A DNA stretch of 63,590 bases, the filler included, from Octopus bimaculoides (taxonomy: Eukaryota), in NCBI RefSeq assembly GCF_001194135.2. It is 6 parts of 6 records of this genome, joined end to end, with 100 filler letters (N's around TTAATTAATTAA, not from the genome) between each part and the next. Parts side by side here need not be neighbours in the genome. Positions count along the whole stretch, not along the records: positions 16,222 to 33,663 come from NC_068983.1; positions 33,764 to 50,005 come from NC_068985.1; 4 more parts are not named here. One strand, 5' to 3'. This document shows positions 24,843-37,100 of the stretch, in pieces (positions within the stretch are counted from its first letter, which is position 1; each line of letters begins with the position of its first letter). The notes under the pieces were generated by a model, which saw nothing but the letters and a program-made list of their open reading frames with translations, made no database searches and was not told the origin of the DNA. A program made the position numbers and the translations under genes.

Positions 24843-26122
24843 GTATGTGTATGTATATATATATACATACACGTATATATATACATATATACACATAAAT
24901 ATATACCTTTATATATATATATATAAATATGTATATGTATATATATATATATATATATATACATGCACGTATATACTCATGTACATATAATGGTGGGTTA
25001 ATAGACTTTTAATTAATAAGTTAGTGAATCGAAAATTATTGAGATGTGTATCATTAAGAACTTTTATATGTGAAGCTGCAATGCGCCACAAACATACACC
25101 CACGCACAAACATAAGTGCACACACTCGCACACACATGCGTGTACACACACACACACACATACACACACACACTCACAAACAATAAACACCTGCATGCAC
25201 ACTGACATTTTGTTTCACATAAGCAGTCAGATACAAAATCACACACGTGGCTAGAATGAATATCTGTGTGTAATCACATTTCTCTCCCTATTTCCGTATA
25301 TATATATATATATATATATNNNNNNNNNNNNNNNNNNNNNNNNNNNNNNNNNNNNNNNNNNNNNNNNNNNNNNNNNNNNNNNNNNNNNNNNNNNNNNNNN
25401 NNNNNNNNNNNNNNNNNNNNNNNNNNNNNNNNNNNNNNNNNNNNNNNNNNNNNNNNNNNNNNNNNNNNNNNNNNNNNNNNNNNNNNNNNNNNNNNNNNNN
25501 NNNNNNNNNNNNNNNNNNNNNNNNNNNNNNNNNNNNNNNNNNNNNNNNNNNNNNNNNNNNNNNNNNNNNNNNNNNNNNNNNNNNNNNNNNNNNNNNNNNN
25601 NNNNNNNNNNNNNNNNNNNNNNNNNNNNNNNNNNNNNNNNNNNNNNNNNNNNNNNNNNNNNNNNNNNNNNNNNNNNNNNNNNNNNNNNNNNNNNNNNNNN
25701 NNNNNNNNNNNNNNNNNNNNNNNNNNNNNNNNNNNNNNNNNNNNNNNNNNNNNNNNNNNNNNNNNNNNNNNNNNNNNNNNNNNNNNNNNNNNNNNNNNNN
25801 NNNNNNNNNNNNNNNNNNNNNNNNNNNNNNNNNNNNNNNNNNNNNNNNNNNNNNNNNNNNNNNNNNNNNNNNNNNNNNNNNNNNNNNNNNNNNNNNNNNN
25901 NNNNNNNNNNNNNNNNNNNNNNNNNNNNNNNNNNNNNNNNNNNNNNNNNNNNNNNNNNNNNNNNNNNNNNNNNNNNNNNNNNNNNNNNNNNNNNNNNNNN
26001 NNNNNNNNNNNNNNNNNNNNNNNNNNNNNNNNNNNNNNNNNNNNNNNCAGTGAAGAATGTCACTGGAAAAGAAGATATAAGATTTTGCCAGGTTTTTCTC
26101 TCTCACCAAGGTCATCAGCTGT

Positions 26123-26167
26123 CGAACGCCGAAGAAGGGAAATAACCCTGAAATCCGGATACGTTCG
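26123..26167 (+). ncRNA. Near-intact minimal type I hammerhead ribozyme (U4C)
   Basis: cgaacg-CCGAAGA-aggg-aaataa-ccct-GAAA-tccgga-TA-cgttcg. Stem I is a perfect 6 bp, stem II a perfect 4 bp, and stem III is palindromic. Confidence 0.8.
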
Positions 26168-26320
26168 TGCTGCTGGTCGTGGTGAGAGGGATAACTCCCT
26201 TGGCAAACAGGACACAGTCGTGTGTCGATAAGCCAGCTGGAGGAGATGTCCTCCTGGGGCTAAAAGCAACAGTAACATCCACCCCTAGGGGTCAGCCACA
26301 CTTAAGTGGCAATATACTAC

Positions 26321-26357
<37 letters not shown>

Positions 26358-26931
26358 GTGTAAGTCTGTGTATGTCTGTATGTGTGTTTCTGTGTGCATT
26401 CACACTTGTATAAGTGTATCTGAGTATATATAAAGAATTCTATGACCCATATGTCTATAATGAGTATGCCGTTATAACAATATGTAACTCTAAGGATTTC
26501 TCTGTAAAGATATTAACAAAACTATATCATTTCGAAAGAAAATTGCTTCCTTGTCAAGAGAAAAACAACAGGAATTTTGTTTCTTCTCTATAATCGAGTA
26601 CAATATATCAAATTGATATTAACCCTCTGATTTACGTTTGACAACAAGGAACAGACACAGAAATATTTGTATTAATTTCTTTCGTGTGTATCTGTACGCA
26701 ACATATCCCATTTTGTTTATCCATTTTGTCACGAAGGAACGTTTCGTAAATTCTCTTCATAATGATTAGAAAAAAAATATATTTCCTCTTTTTCGCCCTT
26801 GTTTTCTGTTTCCCTTCTCTACTCAATCCTTAATTTCATGTCATTTACTCATTTTCATTTTCACTCATGTTTTCATAATTTCGTTTTCTTTTCCGCTATT
26901 TGTTTCTATGTTGCACCTTCAAAAATTATCC

Positions 26932-27022
<91 letters not shown>

Positions 27023-27237
27023 TACATAAATGCACAAATATATATGCGTGTATATACATATAATATGTGTATATGTATATATACATATATATTTATATAT
27101 GTAAATATCAGACACACCCACACCCACATATATTAATAGTAATGGTAAGACAACAAAAGAATGGAGGAGTACTCGATATTATGTAAATAGAGGAATTTAT
27201 TTGTAATATAATATGTGAAAATTATTCGGATGCCATA

Positions 27238-27298
27238 ATAAAACTCCCAGTTTCGGATGTCGGGGCGGAAACCTGCTCCGGCATCTCTTCAGTTGTCA
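27238..27298 (-). ncRNA. Hammerhead-like motif with intact core and decayed stem I
   Basis: Minus strand gacaa-CTGAAGA-gatgccggagcaggtttccgccccgacatc-c-GAAA-ctgggag-tt. Stem II is long, with gatg/catc ends. Confidence 0.55.
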
Positions 27299-27890
27299 AG
27301 GCAATTAAAATATGCTATGAACATGACCGCTGAACAAAGAGAAATTACTCTGTAAATGACCGGTATTAAGACAAAAGAGCTATTAGAATGACCGCTAAAT
27401 AAGGGAAGAAACCGAATGGGAGGAAGTAAGAAGTAAAGGAATAAAAAAGCTCATAACAATCACGTATGCAATACACATGCGCGCACGCATACCCGGGTAC
27501 ATGTGCCTATATGCATATACTCACACAGACTCGCATGAAACACACACATGCGCACCCACACACATGCCAAATAGATGCACATATATATGCAACCATGCAT
27601 GTACACGTATACAAATCCACACACAAGCGCGTGCGCACACCCACCCACGTGCACATACCAATACGCACACAGTTACATTCAAATACACGTTGAAAATACG
27701 CACATGCTATATGCCCGGTCACACTCGCGTGGAACACATGCATGTATATCCACACATACATGCAACCATACACATGTACATATACATATACATATATACA
27801 TATCCGCACACACGCACACACACATACACACGCACGATGTACACACATGTATATCCGCACACACGCGTACACACACACACACACACGCGT

Positions 27891-28026
27891 GCACGTAGCC
27901 ATACGCGTACACACACACACACACACGCGTGCACGTAGCCATACGCGTGCACGTAGCCATACGCGCACGTAGCCATACGCGCACGTAGCCATACGCGCAC
28001 GTAGCCATACGCGCACGTAGCCATAC
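27891..28026. repeat. 16-bp minisatellite (gcacgtagccatacgc), about 7 copies
   Basis: Directly visible tandem units inside a CA-rich tract. Confidence 0.9.
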
Positions 28027-28204
28027 CTTACACATATACATATATATATANNNNNNNNNNNNNNNNNNNNNNNNNNNNNNNNNNNNNNNNNNNNNNNNNN
28101 NNNNNNNNNNNNNNNNNNNNNNNNNNNNNNNNNNNNNNNNNNNNNNNNNNNNNNNNNNNNNNNNNNNNNNNNNNNNNNNNNNNNNNNNNNNNNNNNNNNN
28201 NNNN

Positions 28205-28237
<33 letters not shown>

Positions 28238-28524
28238 CGTACACACGCACACACGCATGCGCGCATAAAAATTCATATGCACATCTATATACGCACATGC
28301 ACAAGAAAACTGCAGGGTGGCAGATAGTATACAGGAAACAGAGTGTAATATTATATAGGTGTAATAAAAATATAAATGTATATCTCTATAAATATGTTAA
28401 AAACATATGCAAAAAATATATAAGAAATATATATAAAAAGTATAGACATATTCAAAGCGTGTACGTAGACACTATTTAAAAAGCAAGTTCTCTCTGTGAT
28501 CTTGTGGGGGGCAAACACGTAACA

Positions 28525-29200
28525 AATATTTAGCCACATGTGAATGTGATCCAAAAAGTTCAGTTCTTGAATTTAGACATGTAGCGGGGTCTAAACCGCT
28601 TTCCCAGGTGAGCCATCTTTCCACATTACAAAGACCACACTTCCACTGCCGTTGGTGTAAGGCTTACACTTGGCTTAGATCTTCCAATGGCTATTGTAAC
28701 TGACACCTTTATCGTTTAAGGAACATATGTGACTGGATAATTTGGTCATTTTCCTTTTATCCCAGTGCCTGAAGCTCAAGGTGTGATTGTTGAACCTGGC
28801 CTTGAAATTCCCCTCTCTAAGGCCCACATATTTCTTTGTCAAAACTGTGCACTTAGTGGTTGTAGAGTCTATGGTGGCTTCATAAATGATGGTCTTGGAC
28901 ATGCAAACTCCATTTAGCGGGCACAATTGTCTATCCCTGCATTAACAGCTGGTTTCACTTTTTTGGTTTTTGCGTGTCGTGTGCGATTATATTTTTAAAA
29001 TTAGTAGTTGAGCTGAAACCGATTTTTAAGTTATGTCTATTAAAGAGCTTTCTGTAATTATGGTTAACTGGAAAATGTCTATCGATCAGTACTATATTAA
29101 AGGTCACTTCGGGGGAGTAAGGGTGTGTGAACCGCATTGTTTTCCCATTCGAATGTTTCCTTTTCTTTATTATGGACTGGTGACAAGTGTATAGGTTATT
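28525..29200 (-). mobile_element. PLE linker plus GIY-YIG fragment (WFNPP-linker type)
   Basis: LIDRHFPVNHNYRKLFNRHNLKIGFS, CRDRQLCPLNGVCMSKTIIYEAT...KKYVGLREGNFKARFNNHTLSF...TKLSSHI and CLNSRTEL. Confidence 0.88.
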
Positions 29201-29352
29201 TCCTCGCTAACACCACTATCATTTAGAGCCTTATTATTGATCTCTGTCTCTGTCTCTGTCTGTCTATCTGTCTGTATGTCTGTCTGCCTGTCTCTGTCTC
29301 TCTCTCTGTCTCTGTCTGTCTGTCTCTCTCTCTGTCTCTGTCTGTCTGTCTC

Positions 29353-29384
<32 letters not shown>

Positions 29385-29397
29385 ACTATGTGTGTTT

Positions 29398-29560
29398 GTG
29401 TGTGGTAAGAATATTGATTCTCAAACACATGGTTCTAGATTCAGTCCCACCGGGTGCCACCTTGGGCAAGTGCCTTCTACTATAGCCCCCCCACCCCCGG
29501 GCAGACAAAAGCCTTGTAAGAGGATTTGGCAGACGGAAACTGAAAAAAAGCCCTTCCTAT
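29398..29560 (+). mobile_element. SINE family O, 5' half
   Basis: tgtggtaaga...ttcagtcccaccgggtgccaccttgggcaagtgccttctactatagcc...ggatttggcagacggaaactgaaa. Confidence 0.75.
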
Positions 29561-30039
29561 ATATACATACATACATACACACACACACATATATATATGT
29601 GTGTGTGTCCGTCCGCCACTACCCTCCACGAAAACAATTTAATTTGTGTTCGTGGGAAGAACCATTTTTACGATGCGTACTGCCTTAATTCTTCGAAACG
29701 CCGGCGTTTTAACGGTGGCAGCTGATGAAGGGGATGTTTCTATATGGCCTGCTTGTTTGTTGCNNNNNNNNNNNNNNNNNNNNNNNNNNNNNNNNNNNNN
29801 NNNNNNNNNNNNNNNNNNNNNNNNNNNNNNNNNNNNNNNNNNNNNNNNNNNNNNNNNNNNNNNTAATGGAAACACCTAGCATCATAGCATCATAATTTTG
29901 AAATATCTATAATGTCTTCAAAAGCTTGTTTATTTTCAGGATTTTTGATTTATTATTAGTGTTATCTAATATGTTTTTCTAAACTTGCTGTTTCTTTTCA
30001 GATATCATCAGAAAAGGGTTATTAAAATTCATTAAAATA

Positions 30040-30980
30040 ACAGATCTATTGCACTTTCAAAGAGTTTAGATTGTTGGTACTCGTTTCGCAGGCGCGAGCG
30101 CAATAAAGGCAACCGAAATGTTTGGTGTATAAAGAAGTAATATCTCGAAAGTAATGACAGCCTTTGAGAGAGAGGGAAAAACTCCTCGTCGAAACAAAAC
30201 TCCGGAAGAAATCCAAAACATTCAGGGACCGTCGCTCCCTTACGCGAAACGTTAGAAAGGATCACAAAAGAACAGCTCCCAGAATTACTGAAGAGCTTAA
30301 TGACCAGCTCGAGAACGCAGTTTCCACAAAAACTGTTCTTCGGGAGCTGCACAAAGCCGGATTTAACCGAAGGGCTGCAATCAGAAAACCACTACTTTCA
30401 ACATCAAACGTTTCAAAGCGTTTAGAGTGGAGTAAAAACCTAGAGAATTGTTCTCTAGAGCAGTAGAAGAATGTTATTTTCTCGTACGAGTCATCCTTTG
30501 CATTATTTCCGACCACCGGCCGAGTATAAGTGTGAATACAGCCAAAAGAAGCATTTGACCCAGTTCTTCTAACTGTTAAACATGGAGGAGGATCTGTGAT
30601 GATCTAGTGTACTATATCTTGGAAATCCGCCGGCTCAATGGTTTCCTTCATGGCAAACTTAATAGTAAAGATTATGTAAGCATTTTCTTCTGATCAAATT
30701 CATGCTATGTTTGCTGAACTATTTCCGGAGTGAACGCAAATCATTCAGGATGATAATGCACCAATTCACACAGCAAAATTTGTTACTGAATGGTACGAGG
30801 AACATTCTAGTGAAGTTGAACATCTTTTCTGGCCACCGCATTCCCCAGATGTCAACATTATTGAGCACTTATGGTGCATTTTAGGAAAACAAGTAAGGGG
30901 TCGATAGCCCCCACAATAATCACTACAAGAATTGCTTGAAATTTTAAGGTGTTTCCATTATTTCATCCAACAGATGTGTA
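30040..30980 (+). mobile_element. Tc1-family transposase pseudogene with 3' TIR remnant
   Basis: IVGTRFAGASA...EMFGV, RDRRSLTRNVRKD, AAIRKPLLS...KRLEW, VIFSYES, TVKHGGGSVMI, QDDNAPIHTAK, WPPHSPDVNIIEHLW. The end reads ggtgtttccattatttcatccaacagatgtg. Confidence 0.92.
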
Positions 30981-31009
30981 TACACACAGACACACAGACA
31001 GACAGACAG

Positions 31010-31052
<43 letters not shown>

Positions 31053-31361
31053 TACACACGCTCATTAATAAAATTGTAAATAAATCTTATTTTCACGTTT
31101 TATTTTTTCAATTTTTACAATTTAACAATATTAAAATAATCTAGTACTTTCATGCATTACTCAGTCGTTAGGTTTATGCAGTGACAGTCGTGTCCGCATT
31201 TGAAAACTGTAAAGAAGTGTTTAGATAATGGCACTACAACTGTAATATCCAGCATATATTTTTATTCTGATATTTCCCTTTGCACTTCGTATATCTCTCG
31301 CTTTTGAAGAAAGTTTTTCATACTGAACTCTGCTATTTTCTTCTATTCAACTCTCTCATAT

Positions 31362-31410
31362 TGTCGACGATGATGGGATATCTTTATATCTCCGAAACAG
31401 CTGTAAGACT
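31362..31410 (+). ncRNA. Degenerate minimal hammerhead motif
   Basis: tgtc-gaCGATGA-tgggatatctttatatctcc-GAAA-cagctg-TA-agac. Stem III is palindromic and the 5' core is mutated. Confidence 0.5.
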
Positions 31411-31529
31411 CCTTTTCTCTATATAACTGTCCTAGGAATTTCACACTCTCTTGGCTTTGATGTCTCATTTTATTCAACAAACACACACACACACACACAT
31501 ATACGTATACATTGTTTGTGTGTGTGTTT

Positions 31530-31717
31530 ATCCCCCATCACTATCGCATCAGAACCGATGTTGGTGTGTCTACGTCCACGTTACCTAGCTGTTCGGCAAA
31601 AATAGACCGATAGAAAGGTACTAGGCTTGGAAAGAATAAGTATTGGGGTCGATTTCTTCGACTAAAGGCGGTGCTCCAGCATGGCCACAGTCAAATGGCT
31701 AAGACAAGTAAAAGAAT
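31530..31717 (+). mobile_element. SINE family O, 3' half
   Basis: ccgatgttggtgtgtctacgtcc...ggggtcgatttcttcgactaaaggcggtgctccagcatggccacagtcaaatggctaagacaagtaaaagaa. Confidence 0.8.
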
Positions 31718-31758
31718 ATATATATAAATATATATACATATATATATATATATGTATG

Positions 31759-31807
<49 letters not shown>

Positions 31808-32434
31808 NNNNNNNNNNNNNNNNNNNNNNNNNNNNNNNNNNNNNNNNNNNNNNNNNNNNNNNNNNNNNNNNNNNNNNNNNNNNNNNNNNNNNNNNNNNNN
31901 NNNNNNNNNNNNNNNNNNNNNNNNNNNNNNNNNNNNNNNNNNNNNNNNNNNNNNNNNNNNNNNNNNNNNNNNNNNNNNNNNNNNNNNNNNNNNNNNNNNN
32001 NNNNNNNNNNNNNNNNNNNNNNNNNNNNNNNNNNNNNNNNNNNNNNNNNNNNNNNNNNNNNNNNNNNNNNNNNNNNNNNNNNNNNNNNNNNNNNNNNNNN
32101 NNNNNNNNNNNNNNNNNNNNNNNNNNNNNNNNNNNNNNNNNNNNNNNNNNNNNNNNNNNNNNNNNNNNNNNNNNNNNNNNNNNNNNNNNNNNNNNNNNNN
32201 NNNNNNNNNNNNNNNNNNNNNNNNNNNNNNNNNNNNNNNNNNNNNNNNNNNNNNNNNNNNNNNNNNNNNNNNNNNNNNNNNNNNNNNNNNNNNNNNNNNN
32301 NNNNNNNNNNNNNNNNNNNNNNNNNNNNNNNNNNNNNNNNNNNNNNNNNNNNNNNNNNNNNNNNNNNNNNNNNNNNNNNNNNNNNNNNNNNNNNNNNTAT
32401 ATATACACCAAAGAGTACGTACGCCACTATATGC

Positions 32435-33244
32435 ATATAAAAGAATACACAAAATAGGACAAGAACGCAAAACATCCAGACAGATAAAAGATACAAAAAA
32501 GGGACCAGAAAAAACAAGGACAGGTCATTCGGAGTTTTCTTTCGTCAGTCGAGTTCCAGATTATCTTTGCAGATTCGGCTGGATATATTCTTTCTATCAG
32601 TCCCTTCACAGTTGCTTCATTCTTTCCACTCTTCCTTCTTTCCCTCCCTTCTCTCACATTCCCTAGCCGTCCCTTCATTCTTCCCTTTCTTCCTCTTTTA
32701 TTTGACTCTGTCCCTTTTCTTTTTTCTCGTCCCTCCTTAATTCTTGCTTCTACCTCTCTCCTCTCCTTCCTCGTGACCGATGTTCGGCGTCAAGCCTGAC
32801 CTTTCTTTCTTGGTTCGACTACCATACATGCAACATCTATATTCCTTCCAATGCCTGTCCCTTATGTCTCTTATATCCCTGCAGTAAGGCTTCACTTCCA
32901 CACACGCCAGCTTAATTTAATTCATCACTAGTTGAATTACACCTGTTGTTAATATCCTGTTGTTTGCATTTGTATTTGTGTACCATTTCTTCTTGTTTTA
33001 CCGTCCTTGTTTTCGTATATATTTGATGCATTTTCCCAAGGAATCTAGTTCTCTTAGCTTAGATTTTCCTTGGGGCTGGCCAGATTGGTATAGTCTCAAG
33101 TTTAACCAGCCGAAACTGCAATGATATTATGAAACTCGAAAGAAAACTCCGAATGACTCGTCCTTGTTTTTCTTGTCCCCTTTGTTGTATCATCTAAATG
33201 TCAGGATTTTTGTATTCTTGTCCCGTTTTTGTATTCTTTTATAT
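32435..33244. repeat. Foldback element with inverted arms of about 145 bp
   Basis: 32435-32582 is the reverse complement of 33104-33244 at roughly 80% identity by eye. A solo arm lies at about 50270-50385. Confidence 0.8.
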
Positions 33245-33767
33245 ATGTAATTTGTGTTATGAATTTATGGAAAGCAGTCCCTTAAAACTCAACAATTTTG
33301 TTAATAGTGGAGGAGTGTAGATGTCAAAATATATAATAGAATTTTAAAACCCTTTTCTTATATATTTTAACATTTCTTCTCCATTTTTAACAATATTGTT
33401 GAGTTTTATGGGATTTCTACCCATAAATTCACAACACACCATATACAAGTATTATTTTCATATTCACAAATTTACGTCGGCAAGCTACCAGCAAAATATG
33501 AATAATCTATATTAGAAATCATTTTTTGGAAACCTCTAAATTAAAGGACGAATCAATTTCAGCCTTTTTACACATATATTACTATATGTATGTATATGTA
33601 TATGTATGTATATGTATATATATATATATATATATGTATGTATATGTATATATATATATATATNNNNNNNNNNNNNNNNNNNNNNNNNNNNNNNNNNNNN
33701 NNNNNNNTTAATTAATTAANNNNNNNNNNNNNNNNNNNNNNNNNNNNNNNNNNNNNNNNNNNNTATA

Positions 33768-34110
33768 TGAAGGCACATTGCTCAGTGATTAGAGCATTGG
33801 AATCACAATCATGAGGTAGTTAGTTCAATTCCTGGACCAGGCTGCATGTTGTGTTCTTGAACAAAACACTTTATTTCATGTTGGTCCAGTTCACTTAGCA
33901 GTAGAAATGAGTTGCAATGTCACTGATGCTAAGCCATATCAGTCTTTGCCTTACCCTTGGATAACATTGATGGCATGAAAAGGGGAGTCTGATATGCATG
34001 GGTGACTGCTGGTCTTCCAAAAACAGCCTTGCCTGGACTTGTGCCTTGAAAAGGAATTTTCTAATTGCAATCCCATGGCCATTTGTGATCAAAGGGGGTC
34101 TTTACTCATA
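33768..34110 (+). mobile_element. Decayed tRNA-derived SINE
   Basis: Head gaaggcacattgctcagtgattagagc...agttcaattcctggacc with a CORE-like gttgtgttcttgaacaaaacactttattt segment. Confidence 0.65.
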
Positions 34111-37100
34111 TGTGTACAAGCAGTAGTATTCAGTCTTCCCCATATAGTCTATGACAGTTGTGAACAAACTGTGGCCCACAAGACTTTCTGAATGGCCTGC
34201 CTGATGATGCACCATGTCTTATGTGGCCCACTTTCAAAAAAATGGTTGCACGTTCCTGATCTGTCACCTTCACTTTGAAAGGACATGCTCGAATACAAAA
34301 TTTCAGCTACCGGACATGCAAAAACATATAAGGAAATATACTAAAAATCCTCAATTAATTGAAATTTTTCATTTGGCTTGAAAATGAAAACAATTTTTTT
34401 TAATTTTTAGAGCTTCCAAGAAAAGAGGAGATAATTTCAACAAATTAAAAATCAATTTTATGAAAATTATTTACAAGAGAATAGGTAAAGATATGTTTCT
34501 GTCTAATGGCCATCATCAGCTTAGCTTATTTACTGAAACTTGCTTTCATTTAGTTGATAGGTTTTTTTATACTTCATTTTTTTAACCAATTGACTTATGA
34601 TAAAGGCATCGAATTGAACCAGTGTGTATTATTAATATTGGCATAATGATCTCCCTAGACACAACAAGGTTTTGTTTTGGTTTTGTATTTTTTCTTTGAT
34701 AATAGAGGGTGTTTGGGCTAGTGTAATTTGTATAATTAAAGATATAGTAGGAGTTAAGAAAAATATCTCAAGTAGACCAATGAAATGAATGTAGATAAAT
34801 TGGTAAATTTGTGTGCATATTTGCATCTATCTATCTATCTATTTATCTGTCTGTCCATCCATCCGTCCGTCCGTCTGTCTGTCCATCTATCCATTCATTC
34901 ATCCATCTATCCATCCATCATCTATCAATCTATCTATCTATCCAGACAGATACTTACATATTCATGCATGTATATATATTTATAAACAACATGAACACAA
35001 ATGATCATAAATTCACTGCACAAATCTTGAATCAGATGATGATAAAACCTGCACACACACACACACCCCACTTACTATTTCCATATATGCCAACTACATT
35101 CAGTTATGTGTTGTGGTAGATAAAGATGTAAGTTTCCTTGACCCCCACCACCTTCTCACCACACTATCATCTCATGTATGCTTTTCCAATAACATAATAT
35201 CGTGATCCAATATCATATTCTAACACCAACTTTACTTTCATCTCTTTCAGCTAAGCAATATGGTTAAAATCTTAATTTAGGAATCAACCCCATGTTGGGT
35301 TATTTTTGTTGTTTAGCTTCATGCAGCCTTGAAGGCATTCCAGTCATGGCCATCCTACAATTTTTTTTTTCCTTTTTTTGTTTTCTCCAACACATTGTAT
35401 CTTTAATTACATTGTCAAATACATCCTCTCCTACCCTTTTTCGATGGAGGTGGGAACTGTAGATCATGACATGAGAAAAGGTTTGGCATCCACACAGTAG
35501 CTTTCTTGCTGGTTGAAGTATCAAGTTATTATTTATCTCCACTTAAATGTGAATGTTCTGTTGGAACAAACTATACAGCGGTAGTTACCATGAGAGAAAC
35601 TCTCATATTGGCTTTTAGAGCGAAATGTATTTTTGTTTACATTGCTATCTCCAGCATCAAGAACATCAAATTATGAGATTTTGACCTTGTCTGGTCTTGT
35701 CAATGATAGACATTTGACCTCGCTGGTGAGGAGATGAATCACTGCTGACTCTAGCAGGAGGTAGTGGGCATTTATCTCCCTTCTAGCAATATAAACAAGA
35801 GTGCGTTTTGTACCAAAAAGCCAGTGTGAAAGTTTCTCTTGTGGTATCTACCACAGTATCGTTTGTTCTAATAGAATGTCTACGTTTAAGTAGGGATAAA
35901 TATTACCTCTTGGGATTAATACTATCATTGTTGCTAATATATATTTTTATCAAGTTATTGTTCCTCTTGTTTAGCCACTGGTCACTCATAACTATGAAAT
36001 TACTATTTCATTCATCTTTCAGACAAGAGGATAGGGTGTAACTTGATGTTTCTTATAACTGTTATTTCTGGGAGCTCATGTGATCATGAATGGAATTCTT
36101 CTTCATTATGTTTTACACTGATGATATTTGTTTATTACTGCTGGATTGTTACACAGAAACACCAGTGCCAGTGACAGTGGTGTCAATCCAGACGTGATAA
36201 TATTAACAGTCTAAAGCAGTGAAGAGGAATTCCTTACATTATAACACAAAATCCCCGCTTCCATTATGCTTCTTTAGCCACCATCATTCCACAACAGCAT
36301 TTACCACCTTTACCGCTCCTGCATCCAGTCATATTGTAGGCTCAGCTTACTACATTCTTATGGACTCCAACATACAATAATAGTTATTAAAAAGAGAAGA
36401 AAACCACCACCTTACCACTACAGATACCAACACTGCTTAATAACAACCAAATTTCCCTGTAAATAATACACCTTACCATCATAGAAAAGGCCCCATTGGA
36501 CAAGGAGGGGACTAGATTCCTTGCAGGAAAATGACAGGATATTCATATCTTGAATGACTTTGAGTCTGCTCAATCAGGGCTGACATGGGACTAAACAACG
36601 AGAAGGTAGCCTCTACCTATATGGTTACTCATCCTACTAAAGATAGCAACTAAATCTCAGCTTTCACTCTTCCCAACCATCTTAGCAAGGGACACGTTGG
36701 ATAATGTAATCCAGGGTACCTTGCTGAAAAGAGATAGTGTGGCTGGAATGCCTTTAGTATAGGTCTGCTTGAGCTGGGTTGATCTAGAGCTCGCCAATGT
36801 CATCATCAATGACACCACGTCAGCTGCAGTCAGTCATAGACATTACTCTGTAGCCACCACATTGCTGTAGTCATGACTACACCACTAACATCACTCCTTT
36901 ACATTCTTCCTCCACCACACAATTAATTATAGCTCCTCACATATCACTTCAGGCCCCCACCTCATCACATCACTGCAACCACGACCACCATCTTAAATGA
37001 TCCAATATTTCCTTACTTTTCTTAAATCTTCAAATAACAATGATCCTAGTATATTCATCTATCCATCTCTCACTACCCAGCTTTACTCCTTCCTCTCCCA

